In this document: in pieces, positions 12,512 through 25,500 of the stretch
Layout of the letters: each line of letters begins with the position of its first letter
Numbering within the stretch: the first letter of the stretch is position 1
Sequence record: MN850590.1
From: Escherichia phage moha
Length of the DNA: 64,000 nucleotides
Reading direction: 5' to 3' (one strand)
Notes under the pieces: model-generated
Database searches by the model: none
What the model was told of the DNA's origin: nothing
Seen by the model: only the letters and a program-made list of their open reading frames with translations
Position numbers and translations under genes: made by a program

Positions 12512-13336
12512 TTATTGTTTTCTAGGACCAGGAGGGGTTGGTGGAGTCGGGATTGGAATATCATGAGTATAAGTTTGTTCAACTTCACCATTCCAATCTT
12601 GTGCTTCAACGTCTCTCGGTTTAATTTCTGTATCAACTGATTCAAAAACACTGGCGGCTGTTTGAAGGTCTCGTTCATTAGCATGAAAATCAAGATAAGT
12701 CGTTTTAATAAGGCCTTCAGCTGCGCCTACCGGAGGATACATCCATCCATTTACTTCAAATGTTAATGACCACTCTAAACGTCGACGAGATAAATTATCG
12801 CCGTCTATTTGTTCATCCATTGCTGCTGCCATCCATACGACTTTAATATCCCTTTCAAATGGAATATCCTGCCCATATTGCTCAATCATAGTCGTATTAA
12901 AATGCGGCTGAAAATATGGAATAATTTGCTCAACGATTTGGAACATATCATCTTCATAACGAGTAAAGATGCTCAGTTCAAAAATCATTTTAATTGGTGA
13001 TGGGTTGTATTGGTCTACAATATCCTTAGTCGATTTACTCAAAAGAGAGTTATTCAATATATTCGTTTTAAACGTTGGGTTATAAACGAAATCTACCATT
13101 TGGAGATTTATACGTGGTAGAATAGTTTCGACTTTAGCCACATCTTCTTGTGAGTTTATAGAGGTCCATTTATTAAGTTTCATCATAAAGTGCTCTTTAG
13201 ATGCATACGTAATAGGAACTCTAATTAATTTATTGCCTGTAGACAATTGACGGTTAACTTGGATATTTGAAAACAAATCGCCCATCATTGTGATATATCG
13301 CCTGAACGACGAGTTGTAAAAATAACCAAACATCAT
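12512..13336 (-). CDS. 15: tail sheath stabiliser / tail completion protein gp15
   Basis: 274-aa ORF (T4 gp15 is 272 aa) in the expected position. Confidence 0.88.
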   Translation of the reverse strand: MMFGYFYNSSFRRYITMMGDLFSNIQVNRQLSTGNKLIRVPITYASKEHFMMKLNKWTSINSQEDVAKVETILPRINLQMVDFVYNPTFKTNILNNSLLSKSTKDIVDQYNPSPIKMIFELSIFTRYEDDMFQIVEQIIPYFQPHFNTTMIEQYGQDIPFERDIKVVWMAAAMDEQIDGDNLSRRRLEWSLTFEVNGWMYPPVGAAEGLIKTTYLDFHANERDLQTAASVFESVDTEIKPRDVEAQDWNGEVEQTYTHDIPIPTPPTPPGPRKQ

Positions 13337-13385
13337 TTCTCCTAACCGGCCTTTCGACCGGTGTTTGCTTTATCTTATCTATTTA

Positions 13386-14150
13386 TTAATTCATAAACCC
13401 ATCGTCAAATGGTGAATTTTGTCTACCACGGTTGTTAACTACTACATACGGCTCAACGTATTCACTTGCCTCTGAATTGATTTGCTCAACTTCAGAATAT
13501 TCATCGATATTAATGTCATGGATACCGTCAAGATTTCTAACAGGGTTAAGTTCCAAGTCACTAAATTCAGGTATATTGATACCTTCATTTTTCTGAAGCA
13601 CCGGATTGATTTCTTCGCCAGAGTAAATAAACTTGCCTGCAGTAATTTTACGAATCGCATTTTTACCTACTTGATAGAATGGGTCATATGGTTCAACCCA
13701 GTTAATCTCAAACAAACTGTTGTCCATTGGGAAGTATATTAAATCACCTTCCTTAGGCTCCTGATTGTTGACCTGGTGTTTGAAAAGACCCGGGTTAATA
13801 GATAATGTAACCTCGTCTTGAACTTGCATTCCGAAGTTGCTGAAGAACGATTTCGCTCCTTCATAACCTTCAAAAGAGTTCAGATATGCAGCAAATTTCC
13901 ATGCTTTAGTAAATTTATTTTTAAGGTCCTCACCAAAGATAAGGTCCACAGCAACATATTCACGTGGAACATAAAAACATTCAATACCGCGCATCTGTAT
14001 GCTTTCTGCCACTAGAACATCGGCTAATGTCTGACTATTCTCATAATTATTAAAATTGACAAATGGATTGAGGATTTCAGTCTCATTTGTCTGAGAATAC
14101 CCACCACGATTTTCTAGCTTGGCGAAAAGATTTTTATCATAAGTTGCCAT
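13386..14150 (-). CDS. 14: neck protein gp14
   Basis: 254-aa ORF (T4 gp14 is 256 aa) in the expected position. Confidence 0.88.
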   Translation of the reverse strand: MATYDKNLFAKLENRGGYSQTNETEILNPFVNFNNYENSQTLADVLVAESIQMRGIECFYVPREYVAVDLIFGEDLKNKFTKAWKFAAYLNSFEGYEGAKSFFSNFGMQVQDEVTLSINPGLFKHQVNNQEPKEGDLIYFPMDNSLFEINWVEPYDPFYQVGKNAIRKITAGKFIYSGEEINPVLQKNEGINIPEFSDLELNPVRNLDGIHDINIDEYSEVEQINSEASEYVEPYVVVNNRGRQNSPFDDGFMN

Positions 14151-14151
14151 A

Positions 14152-15078
14152 TTAACCTACCAAAATACCTGCAGGAGGGTCCAGTAAATATAACTCTTCT
14201 CGTAAAGCTTCTTTCTCTAAACGAGCTTCTTCAATTAATCGAACACCATCAACAGTGACGCCACCAGGTAACATCATACCTTGATGTTTAGCAAGAATTT
14301 GTCCATTAAGCTCTTTAGCTAATGCAGTTGCATAATCTTTAACCCAGCGGTTGTTATATGCGCCTTGTTTAGTTGCAGGATCTTCACCAACTCGACGTCC
14401 TACCAAATTATGGTCTGGATTATCATAACGTTCAGAAATAGACCATGAATCACGAGGACCAACCTGACCGTACCCTACTGTATTTCCTACCATCTTATGG
14501 GTCTCGATATAAGAGCGAACATACGATTCAACGATAATGACATCTTTCTGTCTAAAGTTACCCATTACTTTTAATTGCTCGTTTGCAGAGTTAAACCAAA
14601 AATCTGGAAGAGGAGCAATCATATCTTGAAGCATACCCATATAAGATACTAATTGAGAATAATACCCGAGGTCAGCGCCAAAAGCGTTCGGACCGTAGAA
14701 TTTACCACAATTACTACCCATACCACCTGAAACACCAGCCATTCCTAAAAGGAAATCGGTGAACCATGGATAAGTTGCATTACCATCCATTGAAGTAATA
14801 GAGCCAACATTTGTTCTTATAATTCTTGTTACGGCAAATACGTTAGAACCACGCATATCAAATACGCCGTGACGGTATTTTTCTTCGTCATCAACAAAAA
14901 ATACATGGAAACCTTTATTCAACCCGTCAAAATGGTATTCGCCATAAAGTTCTAACGCTCGTGAAATACAATCATAAATTTGGTCCGTAGTTAATTCAAC
15001 ATTTACAATAGGAGCGCCTAAACGACGTAATATTACATCCTTTAATTCTTTAGGGTTTTGTGCATTATAACCTGACAT
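14152..15078 (-). CDS. 13: neck protein gp13
   Basis: 308-aa ORF (T4 gp13 is 309 aa) in the expected position. Confidence 0.88.
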   Translation of the reverse strand: MSGYNAQNPKELKDVILRRLGAPIVNVELTTDQIYDCISRALELYGEYHFDGLNKGFHVFFVDDEEKYRHGVFDMRGSNVFAVTRIIRTNVGSITSMDGNATYPWFTDFLLGMAGVSGGMGSNCGKFYGPNAFGADLGYYSQLVSYMGMLQDMIAPLPDFWFNSANEQLKVMGNFRQKDVIIVESYVRSYIETHKMVGNTVGYGQVGPRDSWSISERYDNPDHNLVGRRVGEDPATKQGAYNNRWVKDYATALAKELNGQILAKHQGMMLPGGVTVDGVRLIEEARLEKEALREELYLLDPPAGILVG

Positions 15079-15110
15079 ATAAATCCTTTAGGGCCCGAAG
15101 GCCCTTTTCA

Positions 15111-16559
15111 TTAAGCTGTAGGAAGTTCAACCCATGCGCCATCTTTGCGAACATAGAATTTACCGTCTGAAGGAGCATCTTCAATATATCCAGCGTCCTT
15201 AAGAGTTTGGATTTCAGCTTCTGCAGCGGCCAAATCAGTTTCAAGAGTAGCAATTCTAGAAGTTAAACCATTAATTGTCATATCATGACTTTTAACTGTA
15301 GGCAATATACCGCGTTCTTCAACAGTCGAACCATTTGGGTTGGTGCCATTTATAAGAGTATTTAATGTGTTTACAGAACCCTTAATTCCTGTGCTATTAG
15401 TCCCAACATCAGTTTGAATGTTCTGAATGTCATTACTCATCCCACTGATAGTTCCTTCAAGCTCTCGAGTACGATAAAGCAAAGAGCCGTCTGGTTCCGG
15501 TTTCCCACCTGAAGCGTCAACACCAACTACGTTATTTAACCATGACACATTAAAACGCAATCCTGATGAAGAATCAGAGCCGACAACAGTGTTCAATGCT
15601 CCGATAGCATCAGTATTGAGTTTAATACGTCCTTGGATTGTAGTAGGCAAATCATCAGCGCCAATGGCAGTTTCTACTGTAGTCAAACGAGGTTTAATAC
15701 CACCGGATTGATTGAGCTCAAGATTAATGTCATTTATTGCTGAACTATTTGCATTAGTGGTAGTAATAATAGAAGTCGTATTAGGATACCCAATAGACTG
15801 TTTAATGCCATCCAAGTTAGCATTTTGACGCGACAAAGTTAAATCAATACTGGAAAGACGACTAAACACTGGAGTAGTGAAAGAAGTGCGAGGTCCCATT
15901 TCTTCACGCAAGTGTTCAACTTCAATAGTTAAAGAGCCGACGTCAGAATCAGCAAATTTAGTTTCTAGATCAGTTAATCGAACACCGTGGTCAACAATTA
16001 CGGAGCTATTAGTCATAATACGGCGTTTCATACCAGTGCTATCATTTCCTGGAGTAGGAACCCCATTAATATCTTGACCAGTGTATTGTCCTAATTCGTT
16101 TTTAATCCAAAGCAGGTCGTTACGAACCGTTCTATAAACTGAATCTGTTTCCTGATTATAAACACCAATATCATCAGTATTCGCATCAATATGTTCATTC
16201 AAATCATTCAATTCACTAGCATGGGTTTGAACTGTGACTTTAATGACATCGATATCTTGGGTGTTCTGACCTATCTGTGCAAGAGCATCAACATCCCCAG
16301 AAACATCTAAAATACCTTGAATAACTTTGATATCTTCATTGGCCGTATTCAAAGAAGATGCTATAGTTTTAATATTAACATCTAACGCTTCTACGTTACG
16401 TTGAACTTCAACAATAGGACGGTTCATTACACCTTCAGAACCGTATTTTGTGTCAGCACCTGTTATTTCTTCATCGTTTTTAATCCATTCAATACGACTC
16501 TGACCCGCGTCTGGCGGGCCGTCAACATATGGTAAATCTACCAGAGTTATATCAGCCAT
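15111..16559 (-). CDS. wac: fibritin (whisker) protein
   Basis: 482-aa ORF (T4 Wac is 487 aa), mostly coiled-coil, ending in a foldon-like ...GYIEDAPSDGKFYVRKDGAWVELPTA. Confidence 0.9.
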   Translation of the reverse strand: MADITLVDLPYVDGPPDAGQSRIEWIKNDEEITGADTKYGSEGVMNRPIVEVQRNVEALDVNIKTIASSLNTANEDIKVIQGILDVSGDVDALAQIGQNTQDIDVIKVTVQTHASELNDLNEHIDANTDDIGVYNQETDSVYRTVRNDLLWIKNELGQYTGQDINGVPTPGNDSTGMKRRIMTNSSVIVDHGVRLTDLETKFADSDVGSLTIEVEHLREEMGPRTSFTTPVFSRLSSIDLTLSRQNANLDGIKQSIGYPNTTSIITTTNANSSAINDINLELNQSGGIKPRLTTVETAIGADDLPTTIQGRIKLNTDAIGALNTVVGSDSSSGLRFNVSWLNNVVGVDASGGKPEPDGSLLYRTRELEGTISGMSNDIQNIQTDVGTNSTGIKGSVNTLNTLINGTNPNGSTVEERGILPTVKSHDMTINGLTSRIATLETDLAAAEAEIQTLKDAGYIEDAPSDGKFYVRKDGAWVELPTA

Positions 16560-18142
16560 TATTTTACCTTAATGATATAGTTTAAAGAAATATTCCATGG
16601 ACGAGTTTCATTTCCAATTAATTCTGGACGATTCATGGTATATTTAGAGTTACGCTGAGACGCTGGATCAATTTCATATCCTTCGTTAGTAAAATATGAA
16701 CGGTTATCCCAGTCAAGTCCTTTACGAGTACCAACAAAGTTTGAACGACGAGTATTACCAAATGCACCGGAATCGTCATGTTCGCCAAAACCACCAGCAT
16801 GCTTATGATACGACATCTGTTGTTTTTGCACTTCACCGACATATCCACCGGTACAACCTACCGCCAGACGAGGCTTACCGAATTGGTCATTACCATTAAC
16901 ATTAGGGTTAGTTAAATGGTTACCACGACCTGAGCCGCGAACAAATAATCCACGCATATCAGGCAAGCCCGGGTTAGAAGAGCTACCACCATATCGTGTC
17001 CCAATTCTGGAAGCATATACAGGACATTCTGAAGCAGAAACGGTCCCACCATGACAGAAGCGCCAGTCAGAACTCGGTAAACTATCTGCAGCCCACATTG
17101 TAATAGCGCCAACTGGAAGAATTCGGTCCAATTCATTTTGAGTCACAATACGATTGCCTTGAATATAACCACCGGTCATATTGACATTACCAGTTATATT
17201 AGCTCCACCAGAACCAACCGTCAACGTATTATTAATGCGAAGCGTGCCATTAATAGTTTGTCCACCTCGTTGGTGGATAACATCAGCATTCCAAGCAAGG
17301 GCAGAAGAACCATCACCACCTGATTGGTTACCCGCTTGTGTAGTTAAACGAACAACTCCACGTAAAGAAGTTGTAGCCCCACGGCCGTTTAATGTTGCGC
17401 CGGTCACTACAACTGAAGAGTTGTTACTATTTACTTCAGTCTGTGTCCCTAGTTTAACGACACCTTTATTAGTTTCTGATGCTACTGAATTCATAAAGGT
17501 ATAAGGTGAAATTGCATAGCCTTCACGCAGGGTGCCTTGTTGTGCTTGAGCAACTGTAGCCAAACGAACAACACCGGTAATAGATTCGGTGGCGTCACTA
17601 TTATTTGGAGCAATTTGTGAAATAAGTTTAATTGCTAATTGCTGTGTTTTTAACGGGGTCATTGCCGTTGTATCATCAGAACCAGCTAATGCCGCAGCAG
17701 AAGTTGAAATTTTAATTACACCATTTGTTGCTTCTGTTGACACTTTTGTCTGAAATACATTGTCTATTTTTTGATTCAATTTAAGCGGAGTAATTGATGC
17801 ATCGTCAATAGTTCCTGTTACTGCTTCATCTTCAGTAGCATAACGAGTTAAGCCATATTGAGTTTCGGTTGCATTAGGATATTGTAGACGAGCATTCAGT
17901 GATGCCGGAGTAACAGCTTTACTATTATCTAATCCATCAATAACTTCTTGTGGAGTAGCTATTTGAATAATTCCTGGTGTAGTAGTTGTTGCTTCTGGTA
18001 CACCATTAACACCTGAAGGAGAAATAGCAGCTAATGCGGCTTGGACATTAGTGACTGTATCTGGAAAATTCGACCCCGTAGGGTCGAATTCAACGTAAAT
18101 GGATTCGTTTGAAACGTGTTGGTATGTATTGTTATTACTCAT
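16559..18142 (-). CDS. 12: short tail fibre protein gp12
   Basis: 527-aa ORF, same length as T4 gp12, in the expected position. Confidence 0.9.
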   Translation of the reverse strand: MSNNNTYQHVSNESIYVEFDPTGSNFPDTVTNVQAALAAISPSGVNGVPEATTTTPGIIQIATPQEVIDGLDNSKAVTPASLNARLQYPNATETQYGLTRYATEDEAVTGTIDDASITPLKLNQKIDNVFQTKVSTEATNGVIKISTSAAALAGSDDTTAMTPLKTQQLAIKLISQIAPNNSDATESITGVVRLATVAQAQQGTLREGYAISPYTFMNSVASETNKGVVKLGTQTEVNSNNSSVVVTGATLNGRGATTSLRGVVRLTTQAGNQSGGDGSSALAWNADVIHQRGGQTINGTLRINNTLTVGSGGANITGNVNMTGGYIQGNRIVTQNELDRILPVGAITMWAADSLPSSDWRFCHGGTVSASECPVYASRIGTRYGGSSSNPGLPDMRGLFVRGSGRGNHLTNPNVNGNDQFGKPRLAVGCTGGYVGEVQKQQMSYHKHAGGFGEHDDSGAFGNTRRSNFVGTRKGLDWDNRSYFTNEGYEIDPASQRNSKYTMNRPELIGNETRPWNISLNYIIKVK

Positions 18143-18798
18143 GAGGCTCTCACAAAGTGGTAGAAAACGGTAGGAGTATCATGGTTATCAAGAGTAACCG
18201 TTTGGGCACCCAATAAATTCCATGTTCCGTATCCGGATTTTGCTTCAGACAAAATTTCTTGCGAAATTGTTACACCAAACGAAGCATATGTTGGCAACAC
18301 ATGACGTTGGTTATCTAAATATGTCACCTGAAGTTTATTACCTTCAGACGGATGGTCTTTATAAGAAGAAATAGCGATTTGATTAGCAATGGCTTCTTGT
18401 AAAGCTATACGAACTTGTGCCGTTAATTCGTTATCAGTCATACCGATTGTTGCTTTAACAGCAAGTCCAAATACGTTAATAACGACAGGCGTTCCAGGGG
18501 CCAAAGTATCGTCGAGAACATCACCAGAAAAAGTCCAATAATCAACTTGTGCTGTACCTTCAGGCGATATGCCTGAAGTGTTTGTGACAACAGTACCAAT
18601 ATCAGCTCGTGCCATATTATGGACATCATTTATTGCAGATTCTACGTTAGCGTCATAAAAACCGCGAGCTAACTGAGAAATAGTCACGGAACCTACAGCT
18701 TGGTTGTTTAAAACATCAATTTGATCTGGATTTTTTCTGTAATTCAAAAAATCAGCATGACGGGAAATAACTCCCGCCTTTGTATTAAGTACAGTCAT
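18139..18798 (-). CDS. 11: baseplate wedge protein gp11
   Basis: The ORF track gives 225 aa; the start matching T4 gp11 is the internal Met (MTVLNTKAG...), giving 219 aa as in T4 and an ATGA overlap with the gene 10 stop. Confidence 0.88.
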   Translation of the reverse strand: MTVLNTKAGVISRHADFLNYRKNPDQIDVLNNQAVGSVTISQLARGFYDANVESAINDVHNMARADIGTVVTNTSGISPEGTAQVDYWTFSGDVLDDTLAPGTPVVINVFGLAVKATIGMTDNELTAQVRIALQEAIANQIAISSYKDHPSEGNKLQVTYLDNQRHVLPTYASFGVTISQEILSEAKSGYGTWNLLGAQTVTLDNHDTPTVFYHFVRAS

Positions 18799-20603
18799 TA
18801 TGCAATCCTTACCCAACGGTATACAGTTATAGATGGCTGAATATTAGTTATAGAACGCGCTGGAACATGAGATCCATTAGTTTTTGCATGGTCTTCACGA
18901 TATTTAGTGTAAATAGGACCTTCTTCATCCGGGTCATATTGGCAACCGCCTATAATTACTGTACCATTATCATCAGAAATAAGAACCTTTTCATCGGTTT
19001 GTGTAGCCGGTAAATCAGCATTTTCTAATGTGATGGTTGTTACACCAACGGTACCACCTGCAGTATGAGTAGGGTTACCATTGACGTCAAGGTCATTATT
19101 ATTTAATGCAAAATTAGGATCCGACGCGTCGTCATTCCAACCTGCTAATACTTTGCCTTGTCCCCAAATTTTCCATGAACCAAAACCTAAATAAGTGGCC
19201 GGATTATTAGGGTTAACCGCATTTTCGTAAATAGTCCCGACAGGATAAATTGTATCAAATATTGCTGAGATAGTCGAGAATTCACGTTCATACTTAGGAA
19301 CAGGTTCTACATTAGGCCATCCAATTTTATCGAAATCGGTTAATGCAACGTCACCAGTAATTTCAATGTTAGACCCTTGAGAAACATATTTCTCATCAGC
19401 GACATCAAGGATTTCTTCCATTTCAAGAAGAGTTCCTAAATCGTTATTAAACCATGTGATGGTAATAATGTCTTGGTCTTCAAATTGACGGTCAAACAGA
19501 ATTGCGCTAGGGATATTATCAGTATATTCAATCGCATAATCTGTATACGATTGAGTCCATGTCCCACCGAGATTAGCGCATGACTCTTCAGAATCAGCAT
19601 CCACACCTTCACAACGGAAAATAGGAGTTCCAACAGTACCCGCTAATTCTTGGAGAATACCATTGAAACGAACTTCTAATGAATTCGGGTTAGGTGGTTC
19701 TGTAGGATTAATACCAAATGCTGTAAATGGAATAGACCTGAATGTACTCAAATCAGTGACGTAAATACTTCCGTCAATAGACTTTTTAGCAGTCAATTTA
19801 CTATCTAAAATGCGAACTTGGCGACGAGTATATGAACTACGCCACTGAGAAACACCGTCTAGGAATGTCTCAATTTGTACAGTGTCCCCAACATTACATG
19901 GTTGGCGTAATCTAATATTAAATCCATCAAGTGCAACCAGTTCACCAGGATTAGCGCCTGGAGAACCAAAATCACTATTATCACTGAATACATCACCATA
20001 ATACAATTCGTTGCCACGATGTTTTACGCGAATGTTGTTAACGTTATAAGAGGTACCGTTAAAAACATCCATGAAATCGGTCTGACCTTGGGTTTCAACC
20101 AGATATTCTCTACGAGCAACATTACTAATGTCAGAGCTAACTATTTTATCAATTTGTTTGTTCTTGATGTATTCCCAACGTCCAGGAGCACAATAAACTA
20201 ATTCTAAATCAGAGAACTGAACGTTAATTTCTACCGGAGATGAAGAACCTTTAATCGTGTCTCCGTTTGCCGGAATTAAAGTAACAGGGTTAATGTTCCA
20301 AGTTGCAAATACGTCACGAGCACGAATAACTTTATTATAGTCTGCAATTGTCCCTTTAGGAAGATTTACCGAAACTCGCCCAGAAGTAGTATTAATTGCA
20401 TAAGATTTACCCCAAGCAGCCTTAAGATTAAGACCATCAGCCGCATCATAAGTCTTCCATGCGCCAGCGGCATAAGGAACTTCACCATCACCTAATTCAT
20501 AATAGATTTCGTCAAAGTTCTCATTTATTTTTTCACCACCTCGACGAAGGTAATCGCCTTGTCCGTCATCAACGACGTTACCAATTTTAATATTTTGTTT
20601 CAT
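18798..20603 (-). CDS. 10: baseplate wedge protein gp10
   Basis: 601-aa ORF (T4 gp10 is 602 aa) in the expected position. Confidence 0.9.
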   Translation of the reverse strand: MKQNIKIGNVVDDGQGDYLRRGGEKINENFDEIYYELGDGEVPYAAGAWKTYDAADGLNLKAAWGKSYAINTTSGRVSVNLPKGTIADYNKVIRARDVFATWNINPVTLIPANGDTIKGSSSPVEINVQFSDLELVYCAPGRWEYIKNKQIDKIVSSDISNVARREYLVETQGQTDFMDVFNGTSYNVNNIRVKHRGNELYYGDVFSDNSDFGSPGANPGELVALDGFNIRLRQPCNVGDTVQIETFLDGVSQWRSSYTRRQVRILDSKLTAKKSIDGSIYVTDLSTFRSIPFTAFGINPTEPPNPNSLEVRFNGILQELAGTVGTPIFRCEGVDADSEESCANLGGTWTQSYTDYAIEYTDNIPSAILFDRQFEDQDIITITWFNNDLGTLLEMEEILDVADEKYVSQGSNIEITGDVALTDFDKIGWPNVEPVPKYEREFSTISAIFDTIYPVGTIYENAVNPNNPATYLGFGSWKIWGQGKVLAGWNDDASDPNFALNNNDLDVNGNPTHTAGGTVGVTTITLENADLPATQTDEKVLISDDNGTVIIGGCQYDPDEEGPIYTKYREDHAKTNGSHVPARSITNIQPSITVYRWVRIA

Positions 20604-21475
20604 TATTGAGCGACCCCAATTTTCTGAGTTGAGATAATTTTAACTGCCGAACGTAATCCAATAATATCGGATGTAATCGTCATAGTAGCAAAGTTGTTAA
20701 TAATACTAAAGCTAATATTAGCAATCTCGTCGGTTTCATCTACATTACCAACTCGCATTACTGCAAATTCGGTAGAAAGAACTTCCGAGTTAATTGTATC
20801 TATTAGAATATTTATTTCGCATGTTTTTATTTTTCTACCGTCGGCGGATTGGCATGTAACAAGCAATTTAGCCATGTTATAATCCGTGCGATAAAACAGA
20901 GGAATAGAAACTGTGTTTCCTGTAAGACTCCAAGTCCCATCGACAGGAGATTCTTTCTGCCCAAACATGCTATCAGTAGAATAATTCCATACTGAAGTTG
21001 GCCCGTTAAGTTCAACACAACGAAGAACAACATGGGTATAAGGGGTGGAAATAACAAGATTATTAAGAACACCTTTAATCGAACCATCGGTTACTTGGAT
21101 ACTTAAAGGATTGTTAACAGAAATAGACCCATTAGAGTTTATGAATTCTACAGAGTCACCTAATTCAGGTCGGTCAATAATAACAATCACACCACCATCA
21201 GAAGCATCAATATCATGCATAGTGCCTGGTTTAATAGGAGTTTGATAATCGACCGCCTTTCCTTTTTGATAATAACCTGTGGCATGGATAGTTTGACCTG
21301 TAGGTCCGGTTCCATCTGCTACGGCCATTTTACGTTGATCGCCAAATGCATTGTAAATAGCGTTGATATCGTCATTTATTTTATTACCACCGTCGAATAA
21401 GATATCTCCTGTTGAGGCATTACCAATTTCGCCGGTATCGATTAATTGTTTAGGAGTTTGCTTAAAAAATGCCAT
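20603..21475 (-). CDS. 9: baseplate wedge / long tail fibre socket protein gp9
   Basis: 290-aa ORF (T4 gp9 is 288 aa) in the expected position. Confidence 0.9.
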   Translation of the reverse strand: MAFFKQTPKQLIDTGEIGNASTGDILFDGGNKINDDINAIYNAFGDQRKMAVADGTGPTGQTIHATGYYQKGKAVDYQTPIKPGTMHDIDASDGGVIVIIDRPELGDSVEFINSNGSISVNNPLSIQVTDGSIKGVLNNLVISTPYTHVVLRCVELNGPTSVWNYSTDSMFGQKESPVDGTWSLTGNTVSIPLFYRTDYNMAKLLVTCQSADGRKIKTCEINILIDTINSEVLSTEFAVMRVGNVDETDEIANISFSIINNFATMTITSDIIGLRSAVKIISTQKIGVAQ

Positions 21476-21507
21476 AATTCTGCCTTTTGTTGTCCGATAT
21501 TATATTC

Positions 21508-21515
21508 TATTTATA
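21508..21515 (-). promoter_or_regulatory. late promoter (TATAAATA) for gene 9
   Basis: Plus strand TATTTATA about 30 nt upstream of the gene 9 ATG. Confidence 0.6.
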
Positions 21516-21520
21516 GATAC

Positions 21521-21544
21521 AAAAATGGGAGCCTTCGGGCTCCC
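21521..21544 (-). terminator. rho-independent terminator downstream of gene 8
   Basis: GGGAGCC-ttcg-GGCTCCC hairpin; on the minus strand it is followed by ATTTTTG. Confidence 0.65.
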
Positions 21545-21547
21545 TAA

Positions 21548-22552
21548 TTAAAACATAAACAAAATGTTAATTTCTTCTGTTTGGTCCATTGCCATAATAA
21601 CAGGTGGTCGGTTTTCCATATAAATCATTTCACCAGAATGACGTTGCAGGTCTCTAGGGTCGTAATAATCCTTTTCTGCTTTAACATTAGGGTCATTTGG
21701 ATTTTTCTTAGCTTCTAACGGGTTTGCGATAATTGATATCTGTCTAAAACCCTTGTTACCAGGCAAAGCTGCCTCAGGGAAATAAACAGAATCAAAATAT
21801 GCTTTAAACCGCATCGTATTAGCTTTAACACGGTAAATCAAACCGTAGTCATCTTGTTGCCAAGTTAAGTTATTTTCATATCCCCAACGGGTTGGGTCTT
21901 CTTTAATTTCTTCCGGCCATGGAACTACAAGATATTCATTAGTGCAACGGTTAATTGACACATCGGCAGGAATCTCGTAAAGATATTCCCAAATATATCC
22001 ATCACCGGTTTCGATAACCCCATTAGCATCGCCTCTGCCTTCAGGAGGAGACATAGAACGAACAGACGGGGTCCATTTACCACCTAATTTAAGACATTCA
22101 TCTTTATTATCTAAAGATTCTATTGAACAGAGCCCTACGTCAGGGACATCTAAACAACGGTAAATTAACCAACCAGCTCCAACTTCTGTCGCGTTGTACG
22201 GAGCAGTATTACATGCGACTATATCGTTAATTCTAAACGTGTAAGGGTCTGGATATCGCACATCTCCCCAATCACGTCTAGGAATAACAGAATCTAACAT
22301 TGAAGGTAAAACTTTAACGGTACCCATCATATGGGTCCACATATCAGTAACACCAAGAACAGAATCTGTAGGATAAGGTGGGGCGAAGCCCACCTCATTT
22401 TCATTTGACGCCCAAGGCTCTGAACGTCCAAACGTAATATAAATGGAGTTCTTATCGTCTCCATCCCCAACTGAATTATAAAAATTCAGCATTTTCTCTG
22501 TTCTAAATTTTGATGTAACTATTGCACGATAGATAACACTTGAATCATTCAT
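21548..22552 (-). CDS. 8: baseplate wedge protein gp8
   Basis: 334-aa ORF, same length as T4 gp8, in the expected position. Confidence 0.9.
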   Translation of the reverse strand: MNDSSVIYRAIVTSKFRTEKMLNFYNSVGDGDDKNSIYITFGRSEPWASNENEVGFAPPYPTDSVLGVTDMWTHMMGTVKVLPSMLDSVIPRRDWGDVRYPDPYTFRINDIVACNTAPYNATEVGAGWLIYRCLDVPDVGLCSIESLDNKDECLKLGGKWTPSVRSMSPPEGRGDANGVIETGDGYIWEYLYEIPADVSINRCTNEYLVVPWPEEIKEDPTRWGYENNLTWQQDDYGLIYRVKANTMRFKAYFDSVYFPEAALPGNKGFRQISIIANPLEAKKNPNDPNVKAEKDYYDPRDLQRHSGEMIYMENRPPVIMAMDQTEEINILFMF

Positions 22553-25500
22553 CTAATTTAACCTGTGGTGGATTCACGGGGTCTCTTGGATTTCCTACAT
22601 TATCGATTAACCGTTGTTCAACCAAATCTCTAAATCTAGAGAATGTTGTTCCGGACGCATCAAATAATGGGCTCATCAGTTTACGTCGTTCCGATGGAAG
22701 TTGACCTTGAAATATGGAGTTATTGTTTTCAGCGTTATAATCTTCAGGCAATGGATAATCTTGACCAGCCATAGGGCCTATTTCATATATCGCTTTACCT
22801 GTAATAGGGTCAAACTCAACATTTCCTTGTGGGTCTAATTTAGCCACTCGGTCTGCATATTTAGTCGGTAATCCAGAATCCCACTTATAGTTTTTGTATT
22901 TATTAATAATGGTTTCAACATGTTTAAGTGTTAATCCAGTGTTAATAAACATTGTGAGAAGGGTAATTGCGATAAATCCAAATCCAACCGGATGAACAAA
23001 ACGTAATACGTCTGATTTCCAACGAGATGATGGAAGTTTAGATTTAATCTTCATTACGTAGTATGCTCTACCACGATTTATGTAATCGATGTTGTTCTGA
23101 GAAAGCTCTTTACCTTTAATACCACGAACAATTTCACCTTCAAAACCAGGGAGTCTTTCAGCTTTAACTTCCTGTCCTTGGATTAAACGACCTAAGAGGT
23201 TGTGAATTGTTACAGTCCATTGTAATTTACCTTTAGAGTAACTTCTCTCGATATACGTCACATTACAACGTCCTGTAGCGGTGTATATGGTTTGTCCGAC
23301 CAAATCTTCTGTCAACGAATCAGATTCAATGATGATATCATATTCGGTCCCGGAACTAGATTCAATTTCAATTTCAACATCTTCGTTATAAAGCACTTTA
23401 AACAAGAATTTATATGACGCTTCAGTTCCTTTAGTTGAATAGAAGTCATAACTTCTTGATTCAAAGAAACGAGACACTAAATCGCGTTTTTCGGCGTTTA
23501 AGTAAATGTTTCGTTTATAAATCTCAGACCATAAGTATTCCCACGCATGTTCTTCGCGCGGATATTGATTTTTAATAAGATTCAAAAGGTTGTTATAATG
23601 GGTCCCATAACCGTCAGAAAGATACTGAATATAAGCCTCGCAGAATGCTTCAAAGTTTGTATTATCTAAAAGATAAGACTCCGGCATCATTGTAGTGAGC
23701 AATGGTCGTAAATCTGGGTCTGCAATACCGTTCTCTTCTACAGGAGTCCATGTGGTATCTTTTTCTTGGTTTTGTAACGATGCTGTTAAGAATATATTAG
23801 TAGGCTTCCAAATTATAGAAACATTATCTCTAACACGATAACTAAAATCATAATAAGAAATAATCTCACCTGATGATTTATAGAAAATCATGCCGGATGC
23901 ATATTTTTTAAATCCGGTGAAATCTACGTTAGGCATCACTATTGTACAGTCACCGTCCTTCCAATATTCATGAACTTCACGGTCTGAAGAACTAAGTGGA
24001 TGATTCTCAATAACCTTAGTGTAAAGTAAATCAGAATAAATTACAACGGCCTTGTCTGAGTTATTAATCCAACATCGAGTACCAGACTTTCTAGAATAAC
24101 TAAAGAATGGCTCAGCATAGTATTCCATCGGTTGAGGAGTGAACGATTCCCATTGAGAGTCTTCAGTTGAAATAAATGCCATCATATGATAATGTTTATC
24201 AGCTAACCATTCGCTAGGATACTCATATTTAACAGCACCGATTAAACCGTACTTGATTTGTGTTTTTGGGTCATCAACAATATCCGATTCTAGAAATTTA
24301 AAATTACTAGACGAAATAGATAACTCAACACCATCAGTAGACATACTGGTGTACCCTGGTTCAATAAGACGGCGTTCTTCTTCAGTATTACCAAACACAC
24401 GTTTAAATGTGCCAGCATCATGATCTAGAACGTAAACACCTTTATCAGCAGAATCAACAATAGGAGTAGTCCTCGGGTCATCGTTAAGATTAACAACTTC
24501 ACCGATAATCAGTGCAAATATTTTACCACCAACAGAATCCATTTTATAGCAAACTGCCTTAGGGTTACCTGTGATGTTAAATGTTTCTTGTTCAAACAAA
24601 CGTTCGGAATACGTCGGAGATAACGGGTCTGAATCAATAGGGGCATTACTAGTTTTAATAAAACGAACTTTATCTCGAGCAGCAACGTATACATAATCGT
24701 CATTGCAAACGATAGCTTCTGCAATACGTGACACGTTAGCAGGTAATGATGCGTAGTTACCAAATATTTCTACATCAAATCCTAAATTTAACTGGTCACC
24801 AATTTTAGCAAATGTTATATCTTGAGAACTAAATCTCACATCATCAGCAGACCAACGAACGTCAGTTGATTTACGGCCGTAAAATAATTTATCATACCCA
24901 AGAACATACGTGGTATAACCTGTCTGGTAATACACTGTTCTTGATACAGGGTACCCTACACGGTCATTAAACAATTTAACCGATTTCCAGGTTTGTCCCT
25001 TATCATTAGAGACTTTAACCACAGGCTGATACCGTTCAAACAAATAAAGAATTCCTTCGGATTCCATCAAATAAACACGGTTTATATCATGACACACCTG
25101 TTGAATCGAACCTTGAATTTCATGATACTCATTTTCGCCAATAATGAAATTTTTAATAGATGAAATATCCGCATAAGCAGGGCTAAATTGGAACGATTCA
25201 TTCATTAGAGCTGCCATTATAGTGTCGTTATTAAAATCGACATAAGACATGTTGTTATTTGTAAATTTTTCTCTAATAAAAGTGTTAGCCAATTGCATTT
25301 CAATCATATGTTGAAATGTATACGCGTTAGTCTGAAATGATTCAAATATTTCGGTATATACCCAATCAGATCTCTCGAAGCCTTCGGCGGCAGTTGATAC
25401 ACGAATAATATAAGAAGTTAATGGGTCTAAGCTACTTTCGAACCAGTTGCTATTAGGAGTATATCCTAAATTTATCCATCTGTAGCTGGCAGGGGGAATT

